A stretch of 64,000 bases of DNA from Euprymna scolopes (lineage: Eukaryota). The stretch lies in the NCBI GenBank assembly GCA_053919585.1, contig CM132796.1; one strand, given 5' to 3'. Of this stretch, positions 24,641 to 37,979 are shown piece by piece (the stretch's first letter is position 1; every line of letters begins with the position of its first letter). The notes beneath the pieces are model-generated. The model was given only the letters and a program-made list of their open reading frames with translations, ran no database searches and was not told where the DNA came from. The position numbers were made by a program, and so were the translations under genes.

Positions 24641-26250
24641 GACACACCGACACACGGATACATAGACACGTTCAGATTTATAGACATTTTTTAAATTACA
24701 TTTTCACCCCAAACAAGACACATTGCCACTTTGGTGTAGGGGGCTACTATCAACTACTGGGGCACTATGTTGGGATTTGGCCAGCAAGATGTCGGGTTAC
24801 GTTACACTTGAATTTCTGCATGTTAGTAAAGTTAGGGAAGCAGGAACCTGGAATGGAATTCCAGAGTCTAGCGGTTCTGAGGAAGAAACTACTGGAGTAG
24901 AAAGATCTTTTACATCTAGGGATCTCTACTGTGTGGGGTGGGATTTAGCTTCCTGTCGGGTTTAGACTAGCATGGGTGCCTGGGGTTGTCCGGGTGTTTG
25001 GAGGTGTATGCCGAGCAAACAAATAAAAACAAAAAAAGAACGGTCAATGTTGTAAAACTTTGACCCCTATTATGACCCCTTAAAATTTATTGATTTGGAC
25101 TCCAATTTAGTTATTAAGTTAGATCCATGTCCAAGGCGCCTATGTCTAAAATTGCAAGTGTTTAAACCCAAAATGGTTGGAGGATTTTGGAAGAGTTCAT
25201 AAAGGTCAAATCGTTAGACTTTGGCCCCTTAACAGCCGAAATTCTGTCCGAAATTTTCTCAAGTCTCAGTACCCTGTATATCAAATTTCGAGTCTGTAGA
25301 CTTAAAATTGAGAAAGTTATTGCGTAGGGAAATGTACACAGACAGACACACAGACACACAGACACGTTCACTTTTATAGATATACTAGTATTTTAGCCCG
25401 GCGTTGCACGGGTGTGTGGAGGTGTATGTTTAGCAAAAAAACGGTCCTTTCTGTTAAATTTGACCCCCATTATGGCCCCTTAAAAATTATTGTTTTGGGC
25501 TCAAATCAAGTTATCAAGTTAGATCCATGTCCAAGGAATAAATATCTAAGCTTTCCAGTGTTAAGATCGAAAATAGTCGGAGGTGTTTGATAGAGTTTTC
25601 AAAGGTCAAATCGTTGAACTTTGACACCTTAACAGCCAAATTTCTGGCCGAAAACCAATCACAAAGATTTTCCCAAATCTCTGTACCCTCTATATCAAAT
25701 TTCGAGTCTGTAGACTGAAAATTAACAGAGTTATTGCAAAGGAAAATGTACACAGACAGAGAGACAGACACACAGACACTTTCACTTTTATAGATATATA
25801 GACTAGCATTTCAGCCCGGCGTTTCCCAGGTATTTGGAGGTTTATGTTGAGCAAAAAAGGAAAAAAAGCGGTCAATTTTCTTAACTTTGACCCCTATTAT
25901 GACCCTTTAAAATTTATTTTTCTGAACTCAAATTAAGTTATTAAGTTAGATCCATGTCCAAGGAAGATATATCTAAAATTTCAAGTGTTTAGACCCAAAA
26001 TTGTCAGAGGAGTGTGGTAGAGTTCGCAAAGGTCTAATCGTTGAAGTTTACCCCTTTATAGCAAAGTTTCTGGCCGAAACCCGATCACATTGATTTTACC
26101 CAATCTCAGTATGTTGTCCATCAAATTTTGAGTCTGTAGACTGAAAATTTACAGAGTTATTGCGTAGGGAAATGTACACACACAGAGACACAGACAGACA
26201 GATGCACAGACAGATACACAGACACGTTAACTTTTATAGATATATAGATA
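22867..26250 (-). mobile_element. Head-to-tail array of 5 non-autonomous Helitron units (family A)
   Basis: 3' termini (CCCGGGCAACGCCGGG-type hairpin + CTAG/CAAG) at 22867, 23829, 24967, 25385 and 25803. Each internal terminus abuts the next unit's TCTATAAAAGTG 5' end, except 24967 where a Zenon fragment intervenes. Confidence 0.85.
24687..24962 (-). mobile_element. CR1-Zenon 3' end inserted at a Helitron unit junction
   Basis: Minus-strand SHPHTVEIPRCKRSFYSSSFFLRTARLWNSIP..FKCNVTRHL*, then 3' UTR and A-rich tail. Possible TAGAC TSD. Confidence 0.85.
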
Positions 26251-27274
26251 GATATAGAGAAAAGAGAAAGACAGATTCGCCAACAACTGTATCACAACTC
26301 ACATAAACTTATTTTAATATAAAAATGGAAAATATTTCTGTCTTTTCATCTATTCTGAGCAATAATGAATTTTTTCCGCCTAAAATCTCATTCCGAAAAC
26401 GTTATACTGAAAAATTTTCCAATGCAATGAAGAACTACATAAAACTTGAAACAAAAAGCATTTCAAAATATATTACAATAAACTTTTACTATTAAACAGT
26501 ATATCAATCTGAAATCCAATCTCTCGATTTACGCCGCCGGTTAAATAGCAAATATATTATTAGATTATTCACCTTAGATAATTAATACATTTTTTATGAA
26601 TTGTAGTAAATGGAAATAGATGCTTTCATAAGTAAGAGTGGATATTATTTATATGCATTCATTTAATCTGAAAGTTTTCAAACCTAAACTTAGAGATAAG
26701 CAAAAATGCTATTTTAATTTTAACGTAAGTGTGCCGCCCGATTCACTACATGAAAACAAAAGAGCGAAATGAAGATGACCATATCGGAAAGTGTAAAGAG
26801 GCAGTAGCGACTGCCTTTTTATATTTTATATTTTTTCTTACATGTTTCATTGTGTTCTCGTAACCTATTTATGTAAGTTTATAAGAAAAGGAAAGGGAGG
26901 TCGATCTAACAATAATGGCAGAGTGTTATTACATGAAGAACATGTCACATTGATTTTTATTCATAACACAATTTATTTTTTCTATGATTGCCGAAGTGTG
27001 TCGGAATTATCCGACTGTTTCCGTAAATGCCCAGAACATGACAAATGGTAAGTGGGTTTATTTCCGGTTGAAAAGCTGTAGAAGTACCTCTCTAGATAAT
27101 TTTATTTTAAGATAAGCATAATTGTTGTTGGATTAAGCTTCGGATAGTATGCGAAAAACGTTTATGTAAACAAGTCGAATTAAAGCGAACAGGTATCATA
27201 ATAAATATTAGGATGATTTTTTAGCACCAAAAAAAAAAAAAAGAAAAATGACAAAAATAAACTTATATCAAATT

Positions 27275-27853
27275 TATATATGTCTATGAAAGTGAGTGTG
27301 TCTGTGTAAAATAATTCTCAACCTATATACTCATCGAATTTTGGATCTGCAGACTTGAAATTGAATATATTAAGTATTCAGACATGTAAAAAAAACATTT
27401 TAATATCATTTCATTCGAAAGAAAAGCTTCCAATGGGTTATAATTGAAATATTGGTATGTGGCCGTGATCAGATTTTAATCTGTTTTCAACTGTTTTTCG
27501 ACTGTGCATGAGCGGTCATCAAACATGGCCGCTTGCTTATGTTAAGTATAAATTGGTTTAAAAACACTTATTAAAGATGGTCTAATGGTTATCGTACTTG
27601 ACTCACTGCCTTTAGGTTTAGTTTCGATCTCAGAGCGACTATTTTTGACTTACAAGAAGTGACCTGTTTAGAAAAAAAATTATTACTCGTATGCAAATAT
27701 CTCAGTTTCATTCCGTGTTTTATCTCATTTTGTAAAGGAATTTAACGTTAAGTTAAATTCTACGGTATTTCTGTTCATAATATATAAAAAAGAGAATTAA
27801 TTAAAATATATTTGGGCGAATTTTACAATAGGGGCAACGCCGGGCGGCCTAGT
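27275..27853 (+). mobile_element. Diverged Helitron unit carrying a tRNA-like fragment
   Basis: 5' tctatgaaagtgagtgtgtctgtg and 3' gggcaacgccgggcggcCTAGt. A- and B-box-like sequence at ~27577-27640. Confidence 0.55.
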
Positions 27854-27956
27854 AGTGTTATGACAAAAAAAAATCAATAACTTGTTTTATATATTTTATT
27901 ACAAAGAAAAAAAATAACATTTCTTGGGTTCTTCTTGTGATTTTTTTCAACATAAT

Positions 27957-28164
27957 ATAGCTGACCCCAAAAAACAGGCCCCAACTCTAATTAGGCCCCG
28001 TTTCTTAGTGTTTTGTCCGAAGGATATGAAACTTTACTCATAACTAGTTTATTATATTCAAAACATCACATCAAAACACTAGAGTCTTTGGCCCTTGTTT
28101 CTCCGTTCAACTGCATATGTTATAGATGGCCTCCGTTTAGTTTTTTTTTGGGGGGGTCACCCTG
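27957..28164. mobile_element. Tc1/mariner-type MITE
   Basis: TIRs tgaccccaaaaaac / tttttggggggtcaccctg-TA. Homologous to 31924-32134. Confidence 0.65.
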
Positions 28165-28780
28165 TACTACAAAAGATTTCTTTTCCCGTTTGATTTTTTC
28201 AGTGCATAATACATTTTTTTTTAATGAACAAACATTCACTAAGCTAGGATGAGTTTGGGGTTCGTTAAGCGTCCATTTAACAGATTACTGCTTGCTAGGA
28301 ATGTTAAGAATTATTCAATGTGCAATTAAATTTTAGTCTATTAATCGTGCGTTCTGATTTGTTAAGCACTACCGCATTTTCCGGTTGTTAACGGAAATGG
28401 CCGGAAGATACCGGACAAAAAATCGCTTTCGACGAGTACAAATACTGTACCAGTACCGATAAAAATAATTCTTGGGGCAAGACGATGTATAATTGGTGTT
28501 CGGTTTTGGTCCGTGTAATATGTGGAAGACTANNNNNNNNNNNNNNNNNNNNNNNNNNNNNNNNNNNNNNNNNNNNNNNNNNNNNNNNNNNNNNNNNNNN
28601 NNNNNNNNNNNNNNNNNNNNNNNNNNNNNNNNNNNNNNNNNNNNNNNNNNNNNNNNNNNNNNNNNNNNNNNNNNNNNNNNNNNNNNNNNNNNNNNNNNNN
28701 NNNNNNNNNNNNNNNNNNNNNNNNNNNNNNNNNNNNNNNNNNNNNNNNNNNNNNNNNNNNNNNNNNNNGTTTCGTTCTAT

Positions 28781-28842
<62 letters not shown>

Positions 28843-29565
28843 AAAGAACGAAACTATTGTGTTTTTCTATTATTGGAAAATTGGATCGAGGAATAATCAC
28901 GCGTATATAATGAGCTCTTAAAAATCTAAAATAAAAAAAATGCGTGAATCTATTTTGAAAGAGCCGAGTTTTAATGGTAGGGCCAACTGAAAGGGGTTGC
29001 GTTTTCTGATGATAATAGCGGTGGTTAAAGGTTCGTTAAGAGATGTTCTGCAAAAAAAAAAAGATTGATGAATTAATCGCTGTTGCTTAGGGAAAGAAGA
29101 AGTCGAAAAAATAATGAGATTAGAATTGGATTCGCAAAGGCACACGAGATGGAAATGCTATGAATAAACAAAGAGAATGTTAAAAAAGATGAAAAAATGA
29201 ATGAAAATTAATTTTTTTATTTTATTTTAACATCCGTCATTGTGTAAGCATTAGATCCACTGTCCGTCGGTAGGTGCTTCTGTGACGCTTTATTTTTGTC
29301 ACGCCTCGGATTAAAATAGTATTTCTTAATTTGTAGATTAAGTGTGAATTTGTCCGCCACACTTTAGTTTGACAGAGAAATGTGTTAACTCTGTTAGACG
29401 TAAGTTTGAAATAACAATTTCTTTTGTTTGTAAAGCTTAGTTTTTAACCTTATATATATTTGTGCCAATACAACCCAATAACAGAGTCTTCAATCTTCAT
29501 TCTATCACACTTATGTTCGAAAGAAACTCATGTTTAGCTAGTCAGACATAGTTTAAAATAGTATA

Positions 29566-31718
29566 CTAGACTACCCGTGACCCGTTGAGTCAGTATGTTA
29601 TATTATCTATGGAATTAATGTATGAGCGTGACACTTGTAACGTAAAGAAAGTAGTTTTTTTTTTGTAACATAACAGAAACATTGCTATGAAAGTATATTA
29701 AATTAAAAAAATATAAAGATAGTGATATAAGAGTAATATAAGAGTAGTGGTTGATGGGCAGAAATCAGAGGCCCACAGTATTAATTACATACAGGGCCCA
29801 ACTCTCTTCCTGATCTACATCAATGATTTCCCAAAACACATACTTAAATCATTCGTTCACATCTATGCTGATGACACGATCATATACGGCATCACATCAA
29901 AGGCCGTAAACGACAAAGCTCTGTCTGATCCCCTCTCCTCTGATTTTGAGCGCGTGGTACAGTGGGGAAAGAGGTGGCTAGTTACCTTTAATGTATCTAA
30001 AACCAAGCTCCTATCTCTACATCATAAACGCTAGGATCCTCATCTGGCATCAATTGAAATGGATGGATCTCGTCTAGGGGAGATCCCATGTTTTAATAAG
30101 CTTCTGGATTTGACCTTTACTCCTGATCTGAAATGGAACACATATATCAAGTCTGTTGCCAAGGTAGCTGGGAAAATGGTGGGATCCTTTTACCGCTCCA
30201 GAAGATATCTCACTAATGATGCAATTCTCTATCTATATAAAAACCAAGTACGTCCAAGGATGGAGTACTGCTGCCACATCTGGGCAGGAGCTGCTAAAAA
30301 CAGCCTATCCTGCTTTGACAGAGTACAAAAGAGACTTCGTGGCTTGGTGGGGGATGCCCTCTTCTCTTCCCTGCAATCACTCCCACAGAAGAGACGTAGC
30401 AAGCTTATCTTTGTTCTATCGTTATTTCCATGGCAAGTGCTCGTCTGAGCTCCATTTTCTGGTCCCCCCTCGCCAATCTTTTTTCAAAAAACACCCGACT
30501 AGCCGCAACCACCGTCAATAATTTCCCCCACTCCTTATCTGTGTCTAAATCCAAACGTAGATTCCATGAACAAAGCTTCTTTCTCAGAACTGCACGCCTG
30601 TGGAACTCTGTTCCGCTTGCCTGTTTCCCTCCCGACTTCAACCTGTATGTGTTCAAGTCCAACACAAACAAATTGCTGATGAACCGCCCCCTTAAGTAAT
30701 GACACTTTCTCAATTCTCCAATACTATTACTACACTCTCCCATTGATTACTGTACACACAGTAACCCTTGTCCCCGAGTGGCCCTTGGGCCTTGATAAGT
30801 AGTGAACTCCATGTAAAAAAAAGAAAGAAGATAGACATCTATGAGTCGTTCTGTTTATAATTGCTTGTTTTTGACAAAAAAAATCTTACAGCAATAGAAT
30901 TATAAGTAGTTTGCCATACTTATAGGTAAATGTGCACTGAACAGATACCATAATACTTAAAGTTAAATTCAAATTTTAATATATCTTTTCAGTTAAACGC
31001 GAAAAATAAACAATTGGGTCGCTGATAACGTACACAGTAAAACAATACGTTTTATTGTCTCGTTTATTATTAACGCACTTTAGAAAAACATGTTTTCCGG
31101 ATTATTTATTTATGTTGGTAGTGTAGAAGAAACTGTATGAATGTTTTTAAGAAAGGTATATGAAAACATGGAGAATAAAATAGCAAAATGAAGGCAGTGG
31201 GTAAATCGCCGTTTTAAAATACTTTTATGGTTGTCAACCGGTCAAAGTTGATTTATTTGTAAGAAAATTGCGTTAAAATAACTTAAACATTATATGGAAA
31301 TGAATGACGTAATAAAAAGCAGAAAGTATTAACAATTGTTTATTTGGATAATTTTTACGCGACAAAAAATTGGAACGCTGAAAACGTACACATAAAAACA
31401 ATACATTTTATTGTCGCGTTCATTATTTAGCATAATATATATCGCATATCTGAGACATGTCGATGATTATACGGATTATTTGTAATCACGTTTTGTGTTT
31501 CCTTCCCATATCTTTAAGTTTTTATTCAATAAATTTAAGATATTCGCTTTTCTAAGGACGTCCGTTTGTTCGAACAAAACCGGTCCAGCGATTTTTGTTT
31601 ATTTGTTTAAACTGTTATATACTGATGCTTATGTACGCATACACAATCGGAAGTCGTAAACCGGATGTTGGGTTACAACACCCGTTACAAGGTCATTTGA
31701 GTTTTATAATTATATAGA
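29566..31718 (-). mobile_element. Helitron family B copy split by a Zenon insertion
   Basis: Same termini as 11769-12549. The sequence on either side of 29723-30827 is contiguous in that first copy. Confidence 0.75.
29723..30827 (+). mobile_element. 5'-truncated CR1-Zenon LINE (RT C-terminal half to tail), degenerate
   Basis: GPTLFLIYINDFP, IYADDT, VRPRMEYCCHIWAGA, FFLRTARLWNSVP. A-rich tail. TSD AAGATAG at 29716-29722 and 30828-30834. Confidence 0.9.
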
Positions 31719-31876
31719 TAGATTATTCCGTCTGTCCGACTTAAGTGGCAAACATTTTCACTGAGTTGCACGTAACCAAGTAAGTAACCGTACGTCTTTT
31801 GTTCCGTAATACTTAAGCAATTCAATTATGTTAGACACCCATTTTTTTTATAAAGAAAGCATTTTAGTTGGTCTGT

Positions 31877-31923
<47 letters not shown>

Positions 31924-31925
<2 letters not shown>

Positions 31926-32134
31926 GGGTAACCCCCCAAAAAACGGGCCCCACTCCAATTAGGCCTTGTTTCTTAGTGCTTTGTCCGAATAAAATGCCAC
32001 TTTTGTCATAACTAGTTTATTAAATTCAAAACATCACATCAAAACACTAGGGTCTTTGGCCTTTTTTTTCTCCGTTGACTGTAAACTGTTCAGAAAAACT
32101 GTTGAATGTCCTCTGTTTTTTTTTGGTCACGCTG
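31924..32134. mobile_element. Tc1/mariner-type MITE
   Basis: TA-cagggtaacccccc ... ggtcacgctg-TA. Body homologous to 27957-28164. Confidence 0.65.
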
Positions 32135-32210
<76 letters not shown>

Positions 32211-32265
32211 CAGCGTGACCAAAAAAAAACAGAGGACATTCAACAGTTTTCAACAGGAATTCAAC

Positions 32266-32338
<73 letters not shown>

Positions 32339-32782
32339 ACAGGCATATATAATTCAAGTTAATCCCATAAGATTCGCGCTCTTGCCAACGAACATACGTC
32401 TTTCAAATATACATGTGACAGAACAACTGGCTATGTTAATAGAGAATTGCGTGGGCTCATCAACGCACGATGTATCGAACGTAGAATTTCGAAAGTAAAA
32501 AGAAAGCTATTCCAAATTAAAATCAAATAAATATTTAAAAAAAAAAAAACATTAAAAATATTTTCTTGCGGCTTGAATTTTTTATTCTTTCCGCGCTAAG
32601 GATAATAAAACGATAAATGATTGCGTAATTATTGTTTGAGTTAGAATTAAAGAGTTGTATTTAAGAATGAATAATCCACAAATTGGAACGAGTTTTGAAA
32701 ACATGGACGCTTTAAGATTGAGATTGGCGAGGAATTACTCAAAGCCATCAAAGATAATTGGAGATCTAAATATGATTCCAAG

Positions 32783-32843
<61 letters not shown>

Positions 32844-35111
32844 GTAATACAACCGGAAATTATAAAATAGTTTTTTTCGATTTTTTTCGTATATGTAAAC
32901 CTCTATTATATATTGTAATCAGTGATGTTATCTGGGTAAATATAGATATATTAATTATGAGTAATAAATTTACAAATTAATAAATAAGTGATTTCTTGCA
33001 GAATATACCTAAATTAATAGAATTTGTTAATATGTATATATGGGGTTTAATGACTTTATTTGTAAAATTAAACATGGCGTAATGAAAAAAAAAGGTGTTT
33101 ACAGCTTCTCCTCAAATTTTTTTTGATATTTTAATCATGTCTAAACGCAGTTTATTTCCTTTTAGTGGATTGATTCTTGCTATTTCTTCTGATGAGTAAA
33201 GGCCAAATAGATTCACTGGTTGATCTAATAATTAAGTGATTGGTTTTGTGCTACGAAAATAATACTGTCATGAATTGTAACTGTCAGCTGAATTAAAGAA
33301 TAAATTGTAAGATGGCCATCAGCATGAACTACGGAATATGGAATTTTGTCATTTATTTATTACATTGCTCTGTAATAACATTGAGCTTCTTTAATAAAGA
33401 TTGGTATATATAAAAAATAAATATAAGTGAAAAAGTGTATTTTCACAGAAATATATATATATATACATATATAATAGAAATTTCCCTTGACCACATATAT
33501 TTTATAAAACACACGTATCTATAAGCATAAGGATGTATGCACGCGCGTCTTCGTGCGTGTATAAATACATTAATGGATGCATACATGAACGAAACGAAAA
33601 TTAACAACTCCAAATTATTATTCATCAATTTTTCATCTTTATTTCAAGACATCATGTACATGATTGATTTGGAGAAACAAAACATAACCAATATTTGAAA
33701 ATATACTTGTTGTAAGCAAATAATGTGATTGTATTATATCTTTTAAGAGCAATCACCGCGACGACGTTTTGAAAAAAGACGGAACGTTGATGAACATTCA
33801 ATTTTCGTTTGTTTCTTTTTGATTTCTCTATCACGTTGAACTAATATTTCTGTTATTTTCATTATCTCTACTATGATCTAAAACCACTTCGTGTGTGCGT
33901 AAGCGCATTCCTTATACGTTCTGAAACGGCTGAGCTCATCTTTTGCAAATTTTACACAAATGTAATTTATATGGCTGGCAGTGTTCGTAGGAATGTTTTG
34001 TACAGAAATTCGACCGATAAGTATCGAAAATCGAAAAAATCCCATCCTAAAAATAGTCTTTCTTCCTCATAGATTGTTTGCTGCATATTTAAAAACTAAG
34101 CATTAATCAGATGTGAGTTCATCTTCAAATATCAGCTGACGTGATATTGTAATCAAACACAGACAGAATTTAATGGATTACATTATTATTATTATTTATT
34201 AAAGTTATTATTTTATTTTATTTTTCTTATGAATTAGTCCACTGGGAAAATATTCCTCGTAATATATAATATTCAATAGAGGATTGATTCTATCGCAAAC
34301 TCAAAGAAAACCAACATTTCTTCCTCCTTTTAGGCTTGCATTTACAAATATCCGCGGGCTTAGAGCTAAAGTAGATGATGTTGAATCATTTCTACTAGCA
34401 ATCACACCGAATATCTTAGCATTAAGTGAAACTGACCTACACTCCTCAATCCACTCTAACAAATTTAACATGCTTGGTTATCTACTCTACCGTAAGGACT
34501 CAGAGAGACCGATGCACAGGCTTGGAGTCTATATTCGAACCCCCCACCCGACAAGAGAAACACAACTAGAAACAGACGGCCATGACTTTACGTGCTCCAG
34601 AATTAACATGCAACATAATAATAGCTACTTATATTTTCCCTACCGCTCTCCCTCGACCCAGGACTGTGCGCTAATAAACAAAGTCTCTTACACCATAGAT
34701 ATAGCAATCTCCCCTGATACTAGCACACAAGTACATGTATTTGGTGACTTCAATGTCCACCACAGCTATTGGCTTGTATTCTCTACTTACGCTGACGCAG
34801 CTGGTAGCACAGCACATAGCTTCTCTATATCTCATTCCTTATCACAGACGGTTACATTTCCGACACGTTTCCCAGACCAGCAAGATCAACATGCTTCACT
34901 TCTAAATCTATTTCTGACCACAGATCTTGAGGATTGTATAACGAATGCCGACAGTTCACTCGGAATGCTGATCATCCTCTGATAGCGGTAGAAATCGCTC
35001 TAAATTCTCGATCCAAATCTGATGACCCACTGCTCCAAACAACGAGGTATTACAAAAAAGATGACTGCGAAAACATCAGAGATCTCATCAGAGATGTCCC
35101 ACGGGGAAATA

Positions 35112-36729
35112 CACTGTTGATCCAAAATTTAAGACTACTTAAAAAAAATTAAAAAGAAACCCTTTTGTAGGATAGGTTTTAATCTCTTCCACCTTAAGAT
35201 TACTAATACTATAATCTAAAAGGGTATGAAAACAAAAAGGTACATTCCAAATATTTTACTTAAAAATTTGTATTTTTATTAAATAAAATGAAGAAACTTA
35301 TAAGACCAAGCTAATAATTAAATTATTAGATTTATGATAATTCTAATTTTTTTTTGTTCAGTTAGAGATTAAAACCCACTGCGTAAAGGTGTTACGATAC
35401 CTAAAGCAAGACAACTAACCGCAGTTGGGCGCTCTCGAATTCTAGTATTCCATAAGTAAGGTTTGTCACAGCGAGCGATAACAGCTAATGTAAATCGCAA
35501 TAAAACTGTTATTTTCCACTTTCTAAAGAACACTGAGAATTATGTAAAAGCAAAATCCTTTGGTAGCCCCCCCCCAAATGTCACCTGCATTGAATAGGAT
35601 AATCAGACGGGTTGTTATGAATGACAGAGGACTTTCTTCTAGTCAAATTAAGGTGGTTACAGATGCTGATTGCAACTCAATAACCATCAGAAAACCATTA
35701 CAAGAAAAAGGCATGGTAAATTGTTATATCGTAGATTATATGAATAACAAGTCATTACTGGGGTTGTACAGAAAGGGTTTATTAAGGTAAAAAGGTACAC
35801 ACATTTCTAAGCGTCTATTGGCAGCTTAGTACTAAATTCTGTCTCCCACGTGAGGAGAGTTTGCTTGTCTTTTTATAGACGTAACAGTCCATTCATTTGA
35901 GGGGTGTTGGATCAGTCCATTATATCATAAATAATTGGCGTAAACAAATCCATCGATTTCTTCCACGTCACAAAGTAGATCGCTTGAGATTTGGTCGTGA
36001 ATAGCAAACCTGGGACGTTGAGAAGTAGGAAAAACTTCTGTTTTCCGATGAGAAAAAATCAATTTAGATGGTCCTGATGGCTTCCAGCGATATTGTCATG
36101 ACAAAAACATGCCCCTTTAAATTTTGTCAACGCGTCATAGTGGTGGAGGGTTCGTAATGGTACGGGGTGCCTTTTCTTACAGAGGGACGATGAAGCTCCA
36201 CGTGGCGCAGGGTCGTCAGACAGTAGCTGGTTATGTTAACATGCTACAAAAAGCATCTTTAGTGATGGAGGGTCATCGTTTTATTTAAACAGGATAATGC
36301 TGCAATCCACACTGTAAGACGGACCTTGAGCGTTCTACAATAAAATGGATTTCGTCTCTTGGGATATTCTGCATGCTCACCGGAGTTGAACCCAATTGAA
36401 ACTGTTGGGGATGGGTGACAAGAGAGATTTATAAAAATGGTAAACAATATTCAACAACAAATGAACTTCGCAAGGCCATCTTCAAAAACTGGAGCAGGAT
36501 CCCCGCACTTTAATGGAAACCCTTATTTCTAGCATGCCTCAAATAATTTGGAAGTCATCAAAAGCAGTGGAGGTAGAACCTATTATTAAGTTTGATTCTT
36601 GAATCTTTTCAGACACTTTTTGTACAATTTAATAGAATTTTTGTCCTTGGTCTTATAATTTTGATCATGTGTAAAAAGCCTAATTTAATAAAAATGTAAA
36701 TTTTAAAAATAAATATTTGATCAGCAGTG
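35112..36729 (+). mobile_element. Tc1/Tc3-like DD34E transposon, pseudogenised
   Basis: TA TSDs at 35110-11 and 36730-31. TIR ends cactgttgatc / gatcagcagtg. Motifs LFSDEKK, LDGPDG, QDNAAIH and SPELNPIE, with 34 codons between D and E. Confidence 0.9.
35722..35927 (-). mobile_element. Solo LTR (206 bp) inside the Tc1 transposase
   Basis: TG...CA ends with 5-bp TSD TAAAT (35717-21, 35928-32). Minus strand has TATAAAA (~35878-35872) then AATAAA (~35783-35778). Excision restores the transposase frame EKGMVNNWRKQIHRFLPRHK. Confidence 0.75.
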
Positions 36730-37979
36730 TATCTTTTCTCTTTCAGCTAAACAGTGCGCAAATGAGACCACTGAATGGTTCAAAACTGCAACTGAAGCAC
36801 ATGTTCCAACACAGAAATGCTATAGCAATCCCCACTCTCCCCAGTGGTTTACTTCTACTTGTACAGCTGCCATTGCTCCAAGGTAGCATGCATACCAGAG
36901 ATTTAACCGATATAAGTCCAGTTCAAACAGACAGAGGTTTATATAAGCTAGAAGTAATTGTAAGAGATATATAGCGACAGTTAAGACAGAATACCCCAAA
37001 ACCACCAGAAAACGCACCGAAGCACAGAAATTAGGAACTCGTGATTTTGTGAAAATCTACAACAATGAAGTAAATAAATGGAAGTAAACGATTCCCACAC
37101 TATCAACCAATTATGGATCGTTTACATGGCAACCGAGAAGGTTAACATGCTTGCAAGTAAGATTGCCTTAAACTCCACATCTGACCCGGCAAACAACTCC
37201 CTCCTTAACTTTCCTTTGCGGACAGATGCCAGACAAGACAATCTGAAAATTACCCCTTCTCAGGCGCATGGTATCATAAAAGAATATAGACAATTCGAAA
37301 GCATGCGGGACCGATCTTATCCCGACTGTACTATAAAAAAATGCTCCGCTGGGGTTGTTCTTGTTCTTTCCAAACCTTACAATACATGCCTTATCGAATC
37401 TTGCTTTCCTGACTGCTGGAAAAACTCTTTCTGTGGTACTAGTTTTCAAGAATTCTGGCGAAAGACCTGACTCATTAAATTATCGCCCCTTTAGCCTCCT
37501 CCCGCTTTTCGCAAATAAAATATTTTTGTCCATAATTAATAAAGCGCTAGTCTATCATCTTACAGCTGTTAAACTTCTGACCGACCAACAATATGGAGAA
37601 AGGCAAGCACATTCCACAACATATATACTAACTGTAATCTCTAAACCTATATACCATTTACTGGAAAAAGAAATGGAAGGTAGCGCGTAGCCTCTCGATA
37701 TATGTAAGGCTTTACACAGGGTTTGGCACAATGGTCCCCTAAGGGAAATCAGATCATACGGTATCACTGGAAGAATAGATAATACAATTATGAAAAATGT
37801 AGGTTATCCCCGAGTGTCGTACATCTAGACAATATGATATAAATGCGGAAGGACCACAGGGGTCTATTCTAGGGCGTACATTATTCCTGATATTCATAAA
37901 TAACCTCCCGGATAAAATTGTTTCTGAAATGGGTATATTTGCTGATCACCACTCCCTAAAACAGGCATGACAAATGAAG

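Larger units (their letters stand above)
34284..37960 (+). mobile_element. CR1-Zenon LINE ORF2 relic (APE endonuclease + RT), split by Tc1 and ending at a Helitron array
   Basis: FTNIRGL, LALSET, FGDFNVHH, TFPTRFPD, LGNADH before 35110. After 36731: PQWFT, NYRPFSLL, QQYG, LDICKALHRVWH, PQGSILG. Confidence 0.9.

Noticed and set aside
26983-27054. ATG...AATG|GTAAGT possible first coding exon (MIAEVCRNYPTVSVNAQNMTN)
   Set aside because: A single strong donor with no partner exon or homology.
33183-33274. CTGATGA-GTA...TAC-GAAA...GTC hammerhead-like pattern
   Set aside because: Stems I and III pair poorly; may be an old relic but cannot be supported.
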